Below are positions 10,488-21,962 of a DNA stretch of 64,000 bases, piece by piece. Positions within the stretch are counted from its first letter, which is position 1. Each line of letters opens with the position of its first letter. Origin of the DNA: an uncultured Spirochaetota bacterium (GTDB taxonomy: Bacteria; Spirochaetota; Brevinematia; Brevinematales; JAOACQ01). Location of the stretch: positions 384,001 through 448,000 of the forward strand of contig CAWAOD010000011.1 in assembly GCA_963783575.1 (NCBI GenBank). Reading direction: 5' to 3'. The translations under genes were made by a program, and so were the position numbers. The notes under the pieces are model-generated. The model saw only the letters and a list, made by a program, of their open reading frames with translations. It was not told the DNA's origin and did not search any database.

Positions 10488-11835
10488 TTATTTCTTACTG
10501 TCAGTTTTTAGTTTTTTCTTGTTATCCTGTTCCCTCATTTTTACCAGTTTTGATATCTGGGCATTGAATTCGGGGAAACGAGAGCGCAGATTATCAAAAT
10601 CTAATCGCGACAGGCGGAAAACTTCACAATATGTTAATGTATGAATGCTTGCGTTCCTTTTATCTCCAACAATCAGGGCAGTTTCTCCGACCGGGGATCC
10701 GGGCCTAATTTTATAATTTGTTTATCATTGACAAGGACTTCAACTTCACCTGTGCTTATAAAATACATGCAGTCCCCATATTCTCCCTGTCTGATTATAT
10801 ATTCATTCGGAATAAATACCATCGGCTTGAGTAGATTTATCGCTTCACGAATAAATATCTCATCCGCATTTTTAAACAAATCGACTTTCATTAGCATATT
10901 TCTATTCATATGAAGCAGTACTTCTACGGCCAGGCTGTCGGGAAGCTCATCAATCGGGCTTGCGTTGGAATAACTTTTTTTCATTTCCCATAAATAATTA
11001 TAGTAACTGTAAATTTTTTCCTGAATATCAAGGGGAATCTTTTTAGTCCGGAGAAAGTTGCTGATTTCTTCCAATTTTTTTATATAATTCATCTTCCTAT
11101 ATCAAGGTTTGTTATCAAGCCTGAAACGTTACCTATAATGTAACCATACATACCGACTCCCAAAATTTCAACAAGCATCGTATAAATAATTTGAAGGTCG
11201 TTGTCATGATTCGGATAATAATCTCCGTAACCTATAGTAGCAACTGTAGTTAGACACCAGTATAAAGAACGGATATATTGATTGATTGAAGTAATACCCT
11301 GTTCAGCGGCGCCGATTACAATCCAGCCCAGAGACATATAATGAACCGCCTGAAGAAACCAGAATGCGAATATCATCAACCTCATCACACCCGGATTTAT
11401 TCTAAGGTCTACCTGAATTATTTTGGTAATCTTACGCACTTTAATTAATTTGACTAAAATCAGTAATAAAATTAACAGGAATAATACATCCTTGTTTATT
11501 CCGGCAGGATTATTACCGAATATTAAAAGAACGATCAGGTCGAAAGGAAATGCGGCAATAAAATCTACTGTGAACCAGCCTTTTAAATATAGTTTTGCAA
11601 TTGATGAACGTTCAGTAACAACGGTTATTTTTTGTTTTATTGTTGTATTGAAATTAATTATAACATCAAGGCCGAATATTATTATCAGAATCCAATATAG
11701 CAAATCACCGCTATATTTATGAAATGTAAGGCGGTATGAAAAAACAATTGAAAAACATAAAATTGCCGCAATAACAATTAAATTCCAGAATACCTTAACC
11801 TTGCCGTTATGTGGAAAAACTGGAATTGAGATCAT
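10488..11835 (-). CDS. Cyclic-nucleotide-gated K+ channel (6TM plus CNBD), two frameshifts (~11090, ~10700)
   Basis: TIGYGD selectivity filter; C-linker; IIRQGEYGDCMYFI; manual tail GETALIVGDKRNASI..TYCEVFRLSR ending in TAA at 10488. Confidence 0.88.
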
Positions 11836-11938
11836 TTTAAGCCTTCTATAATAATGTTGTAACAATAATTTCGGATAATAAGGCTTACTTCTGAAATCCT
11901 GAAGTATAATTTATTACTTCTTTAAATAGTTGTAATAT

Positions 11939-14370
11939 TTAGCCGCATTTGGAATATCCGCAAGACAGGCAGGAGTTGCAGTCCTCTGGTTTTAACATAG
12001 GCTTTTTCGCCGCATGTGGGACATACCGCCGCACCAGGTATTGCTTTTTTTTCTTCATTTATTTTATCTGAAATCTTTTCATCATGATCAAAAAGCGTAG
12101 GCTCGGATGAAGCTGCAGTCAACCTCTCCGCATATTCCTTTAAAATCCTGCCTACGGCATCCGGTACGCTTTTAATAAGTTTGCCGTTGTCCCATGCCGA
12201 GGAGTCGCCCATTATACCGATTATAGTATCTGCAAGCTGGTCAACGGGAACACCGCTCTGGAGAGCTATGGAAATAACCCTCCCAAGTGCCTCGGAGAAT
12301 GCCGAAACATCAGAACCATGCTCTGTATATCGATAAAAATCTCTATCGGGTTACCGGAATCATCAGTACCGACAGAAGTATATAAAGTACCGCTACCTGT
12401 TTTGGTTTTAAAGATATCTCCCTTCAACACCTTCGGCCTTGACCATTTTTTGAGTTTTTCTTCGCATCCGGTTTCAGGAGCTTTTTTCTTTTTTTGAGTG
12501 GTCATGGGCTGGAATTGCTTGGTTCCGTCCCTGTATATATGTTATCCCTTTAAGCTTCGATTCCCAGGCGTTTAAATAGATGTTTTCAATTTCTTCAACA
12601 GTTATTTCAGCCGGTAGATTAATAGTCGATGATATGCTGTTGGAAATATAATGCTGTAGTGATGCCTGCATTTTTATCCTGTCAGAATAGGTATATCATG
12701 AGCTGTAACGAATATCTTTTTAATGTTTTCGGGAATACCTTCGATTGTCTGACAGCTTCCCCGTTTTCAACCACTTTTTGAAGAGTGTTCTTATCATTAT
12801 GGATGGCTTTTTCAAATTCAGGATCTGCATAGAGCAAGGTTCCGCCGTCGATCAGGTTTTTATTGTAAGCCAATGCAAACTGCGGCTCAAGTGAGTATGT
12901 GCAAGCATCAAGTATCAAACTGATTGTACCAGTCGGTGCCAGGGTTGTCCAGTTGCTGTTTCTTATTCCGGTTTTTCTAATTCGGTTTTCAATATCATTT
13001 TTTTCATCTTCACTGTCAAAATAATTTCTAACAACAGCAATAAGAGCCTCCTTGTTTTCCTCAAAAACCTCAAAATTTCCCTTTTCTCCGGCCAATTCTA
13101 TGGAAGCTTTTATTGAAGATTGAGTCATAACTCTTGCAATACCGGCGGCAAATTCATAACCTTCCTCTGAATTATAAGGAATACCCAGGTGAAACATAGC
13201 TTCAGCCAACCCGGTAAATCCAAGGCCTATCGGTCTTAATTTAAGAGTATTCCGCCTGAAATCCTCTGTCGGAAACGCGGAAATATCTATAATATTGTCA
13301 AGGGACCTGGTTGCAACACTCACAACACCGGCGAAATCTTCATAATCAAAACCCTTATTTTTCAAAAAACGGATCAGATTAATCGATCCTAAATTACAGC
13401 TTGTATAATTATGAAGGCTCTGTTCACCGCATGGATTTGTTGAAAGTATTTTTCCCATACCGGGTACCGTGTCGAATTCATTGGCCCGGTCGATGAACCA
13501 GATCCGGGATCTGCGGTTCTCCAGGCGGATTGAGCTATTTTATGGAACAATTCCTTTGCAGATACTTTTTTAACTGGAAAGCAGGCATCTAGTGTAAATT
13601 CTTTGTCATCAATAACTGATCGCATAAAATTGTCCGTTACGGCTACGCTGATATTCATATTTGAAAGAGGCTCGAAAAGCTGGCTGCGTATATCTGAAAG
13701 TATCAGATTTATCAGTTCGGTTTGAGGAATGGCCGAATCCAGAGCTTCAGCCACATTTCGAATGATTTCTTCAACAAGATTATCCGGAATTAAGTTTTCC
13801 GGATGATTCTTTTTTAAAGAAGCTAAAAAATCCTTTGATGAAATGAATTCTTCTATATCAGGATGGTTAATGTCCATCATTGCCATAAATGCAGCCCTTC
13901 TCACTCCGCCGCTTTTAACTGTCTCACCGACCTCGTCAAACAAGTGCATAAAGCTTACGGGCCGCTGGAAGTTCCTCCCCTGCCGACAGGAGAGCCTTTC
14001 GGACGGAGAACACCGAAATTCAAGCCCATTCCCGCACCGGATTTGAAAGTCATGGCCGTATCGGTTGCGGATTTCATAATAGATTCCATTGAATCCTCAA
14101 GATTGCCGACAAAACAGCTTGACGAAAGAGGAAAATCCGAGCCGCATTGAAAAGAGTAGGTGAAGAGAACATAAATTTTTGGTTGATCATCAGATCAATC
14201 AAATTGCTTTTTAACTTAATTCTTCCGGAATCATCTTTTTCTGCCGAACTTACAAAATCGGCAACACGGCTGAAAATATCATTTTCATTTTTTTCAAGTA
14301 ATTTTCCTGATTTATCACGCTTAAGATAGAATTTATTAATTATAAACTGGGCATTTTCTGAAAAAGGCAT
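11939..14370 (-). CDS. nrdJ: Class II (adenosylcobalamin) ribonucleotide reductase with TSCPD-type domain and Zn ribbon; at least six frameshifts
   Basis: SPTLFNA, SSC, GGVRRAA, HPDIEEFI, TNPCGEQ, CNLGSINL, RN...TTLAPTGTIS, SISSTINLP, SVPDAV and CPTCG...CLSCGYSKC across consecutive frames. Confidence 0.9.
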
Positions 14371-14497
14371 TAAGTCCCCCTAATAGTAAGTTAAATTTTA
14401 TATAGCTTTATTGTAATTATTAAAAAGTTCTTCGTCAAAAAAAGTCGGTTATTAAAGAGGATAAATTTATGGGATATATTAGAGTTAAAATATTTTA

Positions 14498-15250
14498 TTA
14501 TAAAATGGTCGGCGGTTTATTATTCCTGATTGCTGTAATAATAATTGAATTCATTCTTTCAAGTTCGGCTTTAATATTCGCTTTCCCTGTAATAACATAG
14601 CCATGTCCTGGTACTATTGCCTCAATATCCAGGGAATTGATTTTCTTTAAAGATTCAAGCCAGGATTTCCATTCGGGAATGCTGCCTTCTTCAAGGTTGG
14701 GAATGAATTCCGGGAGAACACAATCCCCGCAATAAATAACTTTTTCTTCTTTCTGGAAAACAGATAAATTTGATGTTGTATGCCCAGGCGTACATGAATA
14801 CCTGAACATAAATTCCGCCTAAATCGATATTAAAATCATGAGCAATTTTCTTATCCAGATTTATTATCTTTGTGTTTTTAAAGGCAATTAAACCCTCAGC
14901 ATTTTCTTTTCTGGCTTGATTTGATACGCTTGAATTTATTTCATCCAGCATCATTAAAAAATCCTTCTGGTTTCTGTTAATTGAAGAATGGCCAAAAATA
15001 CTTACTCCTTTTTCTGAAAAATACCCGTTTCCGCCGATATGATCTAAATGTTTTTCCGTATTAACAAGTATTAATTCATTTTCAGTTTTAGTTATATGTG
15101 CATAACCGTATATTGTTTGAGCTGAAATGTAATTACTTCCGAAATGATTATTAAAGTTTTATTCTCTCCGGTAATGAACCCGGCATTTACATTCCAAGGT
15201 GGAATATAGTATAATCCGGTGATTGCATAGCAATTATCTGTTATTTTCAT
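14498..15250 (-). CDS. MBL-fold metallo-hydrolase, frameshifted
   Basis: Manual N-terminus MKITDNCYAITGL..NAGFITG; TEKHLDHIGGN, PGHT, GD and VPGHG motifs in shifted frames. Confidence 0.75.
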
Positions 15251-15308
15251 ATTGTAAGCCCTTATCGATTAGTATTAATAAAACCTGGCATCATGCTGAG
15301 ATTGCTAC

Positions 15309-15689
15309 TTATTTTATAAATGCTCCCTGTAATATTAATATTCCTGAAACCGAAAAAATTACAGGGCATAATTTAAATGGAATGAAATTAATATTGAATC
15401 CTGTAAATAATGACAATATTGCCATAATAAAAAGCATCATTCCCGAGGAAATATAGACTGTTTTTAGAGTATTATTGTTTTCATTGATTATTATGGTTAA
15501 AATAAGATTTAATATTCCAATAAAGATCAATGTTAATCCCTCGTTAATCCACTCCATTAAAATAATATTTTTATTGTCGGGGGATAATTTCCCAAATCCA
15601 TTCACTACGGCATTTGTCGGAAATAAATGAGAAATTCCCCAGAGAATATTTAATATACTGCCAAAAATAATCAATAATTTTCTAAACAT
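15309..15689 (-). CDS. Small four-TM membrane protein of unknown function
   Basis: 126-aa ORF with GAGG RBS and four hydrophobic segments. Confidence 0.75.
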   Translation of the reverse strand: MFRKLLIIFGSILNILWGISHLFPTNAVVNGFGKLSPDNKNIILMEWINEGLTLIFIGILNLILTIIINENNNTLKTVYISSGMMLFIMAILSLFTGFNINFIPFKLCPVIFSVSGILILQGAFIK

Positions 15690-15724
15690 ATTTACCTCAA
15701 TATATTATATGATTATACCTGCTG

Positions 15725-15845
15725 TTTAAATATTGATGAAGTTTTTGTCTTTCTTTCAGCTTAAGGGCATTGTAAACTGCCCATAGTCCTTTTTATAAAA
15801 ACTGCATTTTAATAAGATTTTTGAACTGCCCATATATTATAAAAT
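15725..15845. repeat. Non-coding element, copy 1 (about 120 bp)
   Basis: Aligns colinearly with 19582-19717; identical core ATTGATGAAGTTTTTGTCTTTCTT. Confidence 0.85.
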
Positions 15846-16087
15846 TAAAATTAAGATAAAGGCAAATGAAAAATGAAACATTCCAGCTTTCTTGACAAAA
15901 TTAATTGTGCCTTTATCATATAATGTGGGGTTGGAAATAATTTACTGGCACAAATAAATCAAAAGTTTATAGTTATTTTTTTTATTGCAATATCAGGATT
16001 GCAATCATTTTTACCTGTCATTGGTTCAACTTTTTATCTTAATTTATGTATCTTATCCAGAACTTGTTTTTCCGGGAGTTTAAACCT

Positions 16088-18694
16088 ATACCAGTCATAA
16101 AAATCATTCTGCTTGTGGAAGATGATACTTTAATAGCCTTAGCCGAATCAAAAATGATTTCCGGATATGGCTTTAAGCGTTGTAGTTTCTAACAGCGGCT
16201 TGAAAGCTGTGGTGGAGTAAGGAGGAATGATGATATTATTCTTGTTTTGATGGATATAAATCTTGGTAAGGGAATAGACGGAACGGAGGCGGCGGAAGAA
16301 ATATTAAAGATCAGGGAAATTCCGGTTATTTTTTTAACATCCCATTTTGAAAAAGAAATGGTCGATGAGTAAAAAATATTACAAGATACGGCTATGTGCT
16401 GAAAAGTTCCGGGGAATTTGTATTGATTGAGACGATAAATATTGCGCTTGAATTATTTGAGGCCAACCGTAAATTAAAGGAGGATATTACCGAGCGTAAA
16501 AAGATTGAAGAAGCGCTTACTGAAAGTGAAGGCAAATACCGTGATCTTGCCGAGAAAAGCCATGTGATGATCTGCGAGATTGACGGTCAGGGAAAGTTTT
16601 TATATGTAAATACAGCTTATAAATTCATTCTTGGCTATGAACCGGATGAGCTGATCGGCTGTAGTGCTTTTGAGATCGGACATCCCGATCAAGCTGAAAA
16701 AGCTTCATGCAAAACTTAAAGAAAATGTAAGCACTGAAAAACAGCAGTCCAATGATTGGCGATTTATTGATAAACATGGAAACTGGCATTGGTTTCAATG
16801 CCTATCAAACGCTTATTTTGGTCCTGACGGACAGATGCGGATTAATGTTGTCAGTTTCGATATTACCGATAAAAAGCAAATTAAAGATGAACTTGCAAAT
16901 ACAAAGGCCATGCTTGAAACGGCTTTTTTACAGAGTCCGGTTCCGATGGTATTGGTCAGCTCGCCGGATTACGTTTTACGCATAGTTAATAAAGCCTGCA
17001 GGAAAATTTTAGGGGTTATTGATGAACCCGAAAAAACAGGAAAATCTTTGTTTGAATTTAAGCAAAGCTGGCAGGATTTTAATGAGGAAGGCATCCCGAA
17101 AAATATAAACGAAATGCCTCTTGCAATGGCTTTAAAAGGTATTGAGACAAAGAATGCCGAATATTTTTTAAAGCGGAAAGATGGTACTATTCGATGGTAT
17201 ATTGCAAGCGCCTCTCCAATTAAAAATGATTCCAGTGAAATAATTGCGGCTTATGTAATATTTGTTGATATTACCGAACGAAAACAGGCTGAAAAATCTC
17301 TTCAAAATAGTGAGGCCAGACTTAATAATGCCCTGATGATTGCCAGGCTTGGTCCCTGGGAATATGATACCGAAAAAGACCTGTTTACTTTTAATGATGC
17401 CTTTTATTCGATTTTTAGGACTACTGCCGAAAAGAACGGCGGTTACATAATGTCATCGAAAGATTATTCTAAGCGTTTTGTTCATCCGGAGGACGCTTTT
17501 ATGGTAGGCATGGAAATTAATAAGGCAATGGAAACTGATGATCCTGATTTTTCCAGCCAGATTGAACATCGGATGATTTATGCAAATGGCAGTTCAGGAT
17601 ATATCTCTGTAAGATTTTTTATAGTTAAAGATGAATTCGGTAAAACAATCAAGACATACGGAGTGAATCAGGATATCACAGATAGAAAAAAGACGGAAAT
17701 GGCTTTAATGGAAAATGTATCCCGCTATAGAAGCCTTTTTGAAAATTCTTCCGACAGTATTTTTTTGATCGATCGTGAAACTTTGCAGATTATAGACGCA
17801 AATCCCGCGGCTTGCCGAACATATGGATATAATTTAGATGAATTTAGAAATATGAAGAATACTGATGTTTCAGCTGAACCTGATAAAACTTCTCAATCCG
17901 TGAAAGAGGGTGTATTATCAGTATTTCTTCGTTATCACCGAAAAAAAAACGGTACTGTCTTTCCGGTGGAAATTTCCGGAGGCTATTTTGAATTAAACGG
18001 CCGTTTATATCATACGGCTTTTATCCGGGATATAACAGAACGAATAAAATCGGAGCAGGAAATTAAAATTCTTATGGAAAAACAGGAACTTCTGTTAAAA
18101 GAAGTTCATCACAGGATTAAAAATGATATGAATGTTATCAGCGGACTTATCTCTATTCAGGCCAATTCAAACAAATATCCGGAAGTTAAATATTCATTGC
18201 AGGAGTTGAAAGCCAGAATTAATGTTATGTTCAATATTTACAATCAATTATATAAAAAAATCGATTTTCAAAGCATTTCACTTAAGGAATTTATTTTTGA
18301 TCTGGTGAATAATATTAAATTATTATACGATGAGATGAATCCCATTGAATTTGAAATGGATATCGATGAAATGGAACTTGACCGTAATTTGTCATTTCCG
18401 CTTGGAATAATTATTAATGAATTAATAACAAACTCATATAAATACGCTTACATTGATTCAGGAAATAAAGATAATAAAAAAATAAAAATCATTTCAAAAA
18501 AACCGGCCGCAGAAATTCTGTCAATTATTATTTCTGACAATGGGAATGGTTTCCCCGAAGATATTTTGGCCAACAGATCCTATGGTTTCGGACTGAAACT
18601 CATCAGCATCCTGTCTGCCCAGATTAAATGCGGTGTAAGGTTTATTAATAATAAAGGTGCATCAGTTGAATTATCAATTCCTATGTCTGTATAA
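16088..18694 (+). CDS. Receiver + multi-PAS + HisKA_2-type histidine kinase; 5' receiver part disrupted (possible pseudogene)
   Basis: LLVEDD, LMDINLG..IDG and IFLTSH in broken frames; ATA sits where an ATG is expected after GGGAG; PAS repeats ending DITERK; EVHHRIKN, NELITNS.K and DNGNG motifs. Confidence 0.8.
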
Positions 18695-18706
18695 ATTTTA
18701 TTATAT

Positions 18707-19546
18707 TTACTTATCCTTCCAGACGGAAATACTTTCCAGGATGCTCGTATCCCAGGGGGTTTGTGCTTTTATTATTCTACCGGGATCAGAATCCTCAATC
18801 CAGAAATGCATATCCTTCATATAGGAATCCATAAGCCTGGCTAAGAACGCGTCAGCGATAAAAAAAGTTACTTTTAAAGTATTGAATTTTCCAGCTTTTG
18901 TTTCAAGAACTTCTTTGCCTTCATAAATAAATTTTCCCGGTATAGGAGTTTTTGTTTCCGGAATCACAACATATATAATGCCGCTTTCTTTCATATCAAG
19001 AAACCTTGCCGCTCCGAGCGCGGATGAGTCCATACTCCAGGTCGGGTAGCCTTTCCTGATCTTTATCCTGATTTCTTCAGTCCTTATTTCCATTCCGTTT
19101 TTATGTTTTTCCGTATAAACAGCCTCATTATTTTGCCGATCTATTATTAGATGGAATTCAAACCTTCCGTTTCTGTTTTCAAGTACAAGATTTGTATAAA
19201 AGTCCCAATCGGCACGGATTAGGGAAGAATTTTCCAGGTCAATCCTCATTTGATAGCCGTAATTTGTATAATTTTGAGGTAAGTAGGAATTAGGATTGGA
19301 GCTTGTGCCATGAATATAGATTACCGCTATTTTTTTGTCGGGGTAAAACCTTGTCACCATATTGAAACCCCTGACTCTATCTCCGTTGATATAGACACCG
19401 TATTTAAGAAACTCACCATCCTGAACGGTTATTTTTTTTGATTTCATCGGCGTTGTTTCAACCCTTCCTCCAATAGAGCAGGAGAATATCAAAACCGATG
19501 TGAGTATCATTATGAATGCGATTGGATAATAATTTACTTTAGCCAT
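18707..19546 (-). CDS. Exported lipoprotein, paralog A of a local five-member family (DUF3108-like C-terminal motif)
   Basis: IFSC lipobox; GEFL.Y, E.LETKAG.F.T.KV, D.FL..LM and FWIEDS shared with the 24.3-27.8 kb genes. Confidence 0.8.
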   Translation of the reverse strand: MAKVNYYPIAFIMILTSVLIFSCSIGGRVETTPMKSKKITVQDGEFLKYGVYINGDRVRGFNMVTRFYPDKKIAVIYIHGTSSNPNSYLPQNYTNYGYQMRIDLENSSLIRADWDFYTNLVLENRNGRFEFHLIIDRQNNEAVYTEKHKNGMEIRTEEIRIKIRKGYPTWSMDSSALGAARFLDMKESGIIYVVIPETKTPIPGKFIYEGKEVLETKAGKFNTLKVTFFIADAFLARLMDSYMKDMHFWIEDSDPGRIIKAQTPWDTSILESISVWKDK

Positions 19547-19581
19547 TAAAACCTCCGGTATATACTATTCAAATACAGGTA

Positions 19582-19717
19582 TTTAAAAATTGATGAAGTT
19601 TTTGTCTTTCTTCCATCTCTCTTACAAAAACTCTAGGGCTGTGGAAACTGCCCACAGTTCCGTTTTATTAATAAACCGGTTTAAATGAGATTTTCAAACC
19701 GCCTATATATTATACAA
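19582..19717. repeat. Non-coding element, copy 2
   Basis: Aligns with 15725-15845 apart from an insertion of roughly 15 bp. Confidence 0.85.
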
Positions 19718-19893
19718 TATTGAGCTTTAAATATGAATTAAAATCTTGTGAAGGGGATTAAATCAATGATAAGAAGTTTAATTTCCATAATAAGAAGAAT
19801 TAAACCATAATTGGTTATGAACAGTACATTTCCAAAAGCGGACTTAGCAATGAAAATTATTGCAAAAGCAACCCAATAATCTATTTTAAACTT

Positions 19894-19944
19894 TTGGATA
19901 AATCTAAGGATTGGATAAATCTAAGGATTGGATAAATCTAAGGA
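19894..19944 (+). repeat. Exact tandem repeat TTGGATAAATCTAAGGA x3
   Basis: Units at 19894-19910, 19911-19927 and 19928-19944. Confidence 0.97.
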
Positions 19945-19973
19945 TTGACATTTTAATGGTTGAAAGATATACT
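19945..19973 (+). promoter_or_regulatory. Near-consensus sigma70 promoter of the four-gene unit
   Basis: TTGACA-17 bp-TATACT. Confidence 0.8.
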
Positions 19974-19984
19974 CATAATTAGAA

Positions 19985-21937
19985 ATGTTTTGCATACAGA
20001 TGCTTGCCAATGTCTATTTTCATATCGTAAAAGTTAAATTAAAAGCAATAAAAAATGAGCATTTTATGGAGAAAGTTGAAATTATTTTTACTATTCGGAA
20101 TAAAAAAGAAGAAGTATTTTCCTTGGATGTTCCTAATTCTTCTGTATCAACCTATGAATTGCTGCCGTCTCTGCAGAATTTATTTGATACTGTAATTCGA
20201 ATTGAATTGCTACAGAATGTTGCAACTTGCCGAAAAGGCTGTCCCGTTTGCTGTAATCAATTGGTACCTTTGAGCATAGCTGAAGTTTTTTATCTGGAGG
20301 GAATTTATTATACTTTACCTATTGATTTACAGATCAAAATAAAAGATAAAATTAACAATTTAGTCAAAGTATTGGATAATAATAAGATTCCATTTGATTT
20401 GGAATCTATTTATAAGAATCCTTCTTTTGAAGAAAAATATTTCAAGCTGGGTATTTCATGTCCATTTCTGGAAAATAATGAATGTGTTATTTATTTGCAG
20501 AGACCTTTTATCTGCCGGGAATACTATGTAACAACACCGGATTCCTTTTGTTTTGATCCTTATCTAAATAAAAATGAAAGAATAAAATTTAGCTTTTCCC
20601 CGGGAGTTCTTCTGTCAAAACTATGTGGCAGCCTATATGAGTGCTCTCCTTTACCCATTCCATTATTTTATTTTTTAGACTGGTCAAATGAATATTGTTT
20701 TTTAAGAGAAAAAAAAGTATCTGCAATTTGGTTTTTTGAGAAACTATTAAATTATCTTTCAAAGTATTATCCGAATGAGAAGTCCAATATCCAATCTATT
20801 AAATGGAAATATATGGTTGATGAAAATAATAACAATATTGCAAATATCATCGATCATTATAAAAATATGGAGATTAATCAAACTGACCGTTACGGAATAT
20901 CACCACTTTACGCATTCATTAGCCAAAAGGGAGGTGTTTTGTATAGGGAAATTTTACTTTCGATGATAAAAAAAGGGGCGTTTATTCAAAATGGTTCTAT
21001 TGTTCCTCCAGTTCAGGAACAGAAGTTACTAACCCGTTTTGCTAATGCGGAAAATATTCGGTTATTATTTGAGTTACTTAAAACCAGGTTTAGGAATATG
21101 GAAGAAAGTTTAATTCTGGAAATCGGCTCTGGAGAAGGCTATTTACGGTATTTAATCTCCCTTCTTAATGATGATGTCATGAACAGCATATCCGGGAGGA
21201 TTATTGAAACAGAGCCGGCAAAAAATATTGTGGAAACATTAATATCTAAAGGGAAGTATATTATAGCAGCTGGTATTGAAGATTTGAAAGAATATTTTGG
21301 CGAAGATTTTACGCCAATGGTTATTAGCATGAATGTCCTGGATTTGTTTAGCAGCGAACAATTAGTAATATATTTGGAAATAATTAAGAATCTTCTTAAA
21401 AAAGATGGCTTGATAGTGCATATCATGTCTTCGGCCATTCATGACAATGTTTTCCGGGACATTATAAATATTTATCCTAATTCTCTTTATCTGCCATATT
21501 ATCTTGAAGGGTTTATTGGGGTCCGCATTACATCCACACAGTGCCTTATAGTGAATGAAAATCCGGATTATACTAAGTTTTTTAGGAATCTGTCGGGGCT
21601 TTTTACTCTTAATCCGGACTATTATATCAAATTAGCGACCGCCGCCGACCAGTGGTTTCATGATCATAATGATGAAAGCACCTGCTTGCTCCTGCATGAA
21701 TTTACTATTAATAAAATAAAAAAAGCAATGAATGATAACGGTTACAACGTAATTTTGGACCGGGAAATAAAATCCGAAAAAAAGATTAAGATGAACGATA
21801 ATCAGGCAAGAATTCAGGGGATCAATCAGTATAGGAATAATCTCGGAGTAATACTGACTGAGTATCAAGCTTCTATTGATCCTGGAATGGCTTTGGAAGA
21901 ATCAAGGTTTTATATTATCATTGGACAGAAAATGTAA
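19985..21937 (+). CDS. YkgJ/CxxCxxCC cysteine-cluster domain fused to a class I SAM-methyltransferase-like domain (start may be 20066)
   Basis: CRKGCPVCC...CPFLENNECVIYLQRPFICR; LEIGSGEG, VISMNVLD and LLKKDG. Confidence 0.78.
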   Translation: MFCIQMLANVYFHIVKVKLKAIKNEHFMEKVEIIFTIRNKKEEVFSLDVPNSSVSTYELLPSLQNLFDTVIRIELLQNVATCRKGCPVCCNQLVPLSIAEVFYLEGIYYTLPIDLQIKIKDKINNLVKVLDNNKIPFDLESIYKNPSFEEKYFKLGISCPFLENNECVIYLQRPFICREYYVTTPDSFCFDPYLNKNERIKFSFSPGVLLSKLCGSLYECSPLPIPLFYFLDWSNEYCFLREKKVSAIWFFEKLLNYLSKYYPNEKSNIQSIKWKYMVDENNNNIANIIDHYKNMEINQTDRYGISPLYAFISQKGGVLYREILLSMIKKGAFIQNGSIVPPVQEQKLLTRFANAENIRLLFELLKTRFRNMEESLILEIGSGEGYLRYLISLLNDDVMNSISGRIIETEPAKNIVETLISKGKYIIAAGIEDLKEYFGEDFTPMVISMNVLDLFSSEQLVIYLEIIKNLLKKDGLIVHIMSSAIHDNVFRDIINIYPNSLYLPYYLEGFIGVRITSTQCLIVNENPDYTKFFRNLSGLFTLNPDYYIKLATAADQWFHDHNDESTCLLLHEFTINKIKKAMNDNGYNVILDREIKSEKKIKMNDNQARIQGINQYRNNLGVILTEYQASIDPGMALEESRFYIIIGQKM

Positions 21938-21962
21938 ATAAATTATTCTAAGGAGAAGGGCA

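Noticed and set aside
11939..14370. Intein, intron or programmed recoding in nrdJ
   Set aside because: No intein termini or homing endonuclease; the breaks are scattered single-base indels like those in neighbouring genes.
15725..15845. c-di-GMP-I/II or other known riboswitch
   Set aside because: Diagnostic motifs (GGCAAAC..GAAA..GACGCAAA; GGGCAC..GTGCAACC) were not found on either strand.
19894..19944. CRISPR array
   Set aside because: The repeats are contiguous with no spacers, only 17 bp long, and no cas genes are present.
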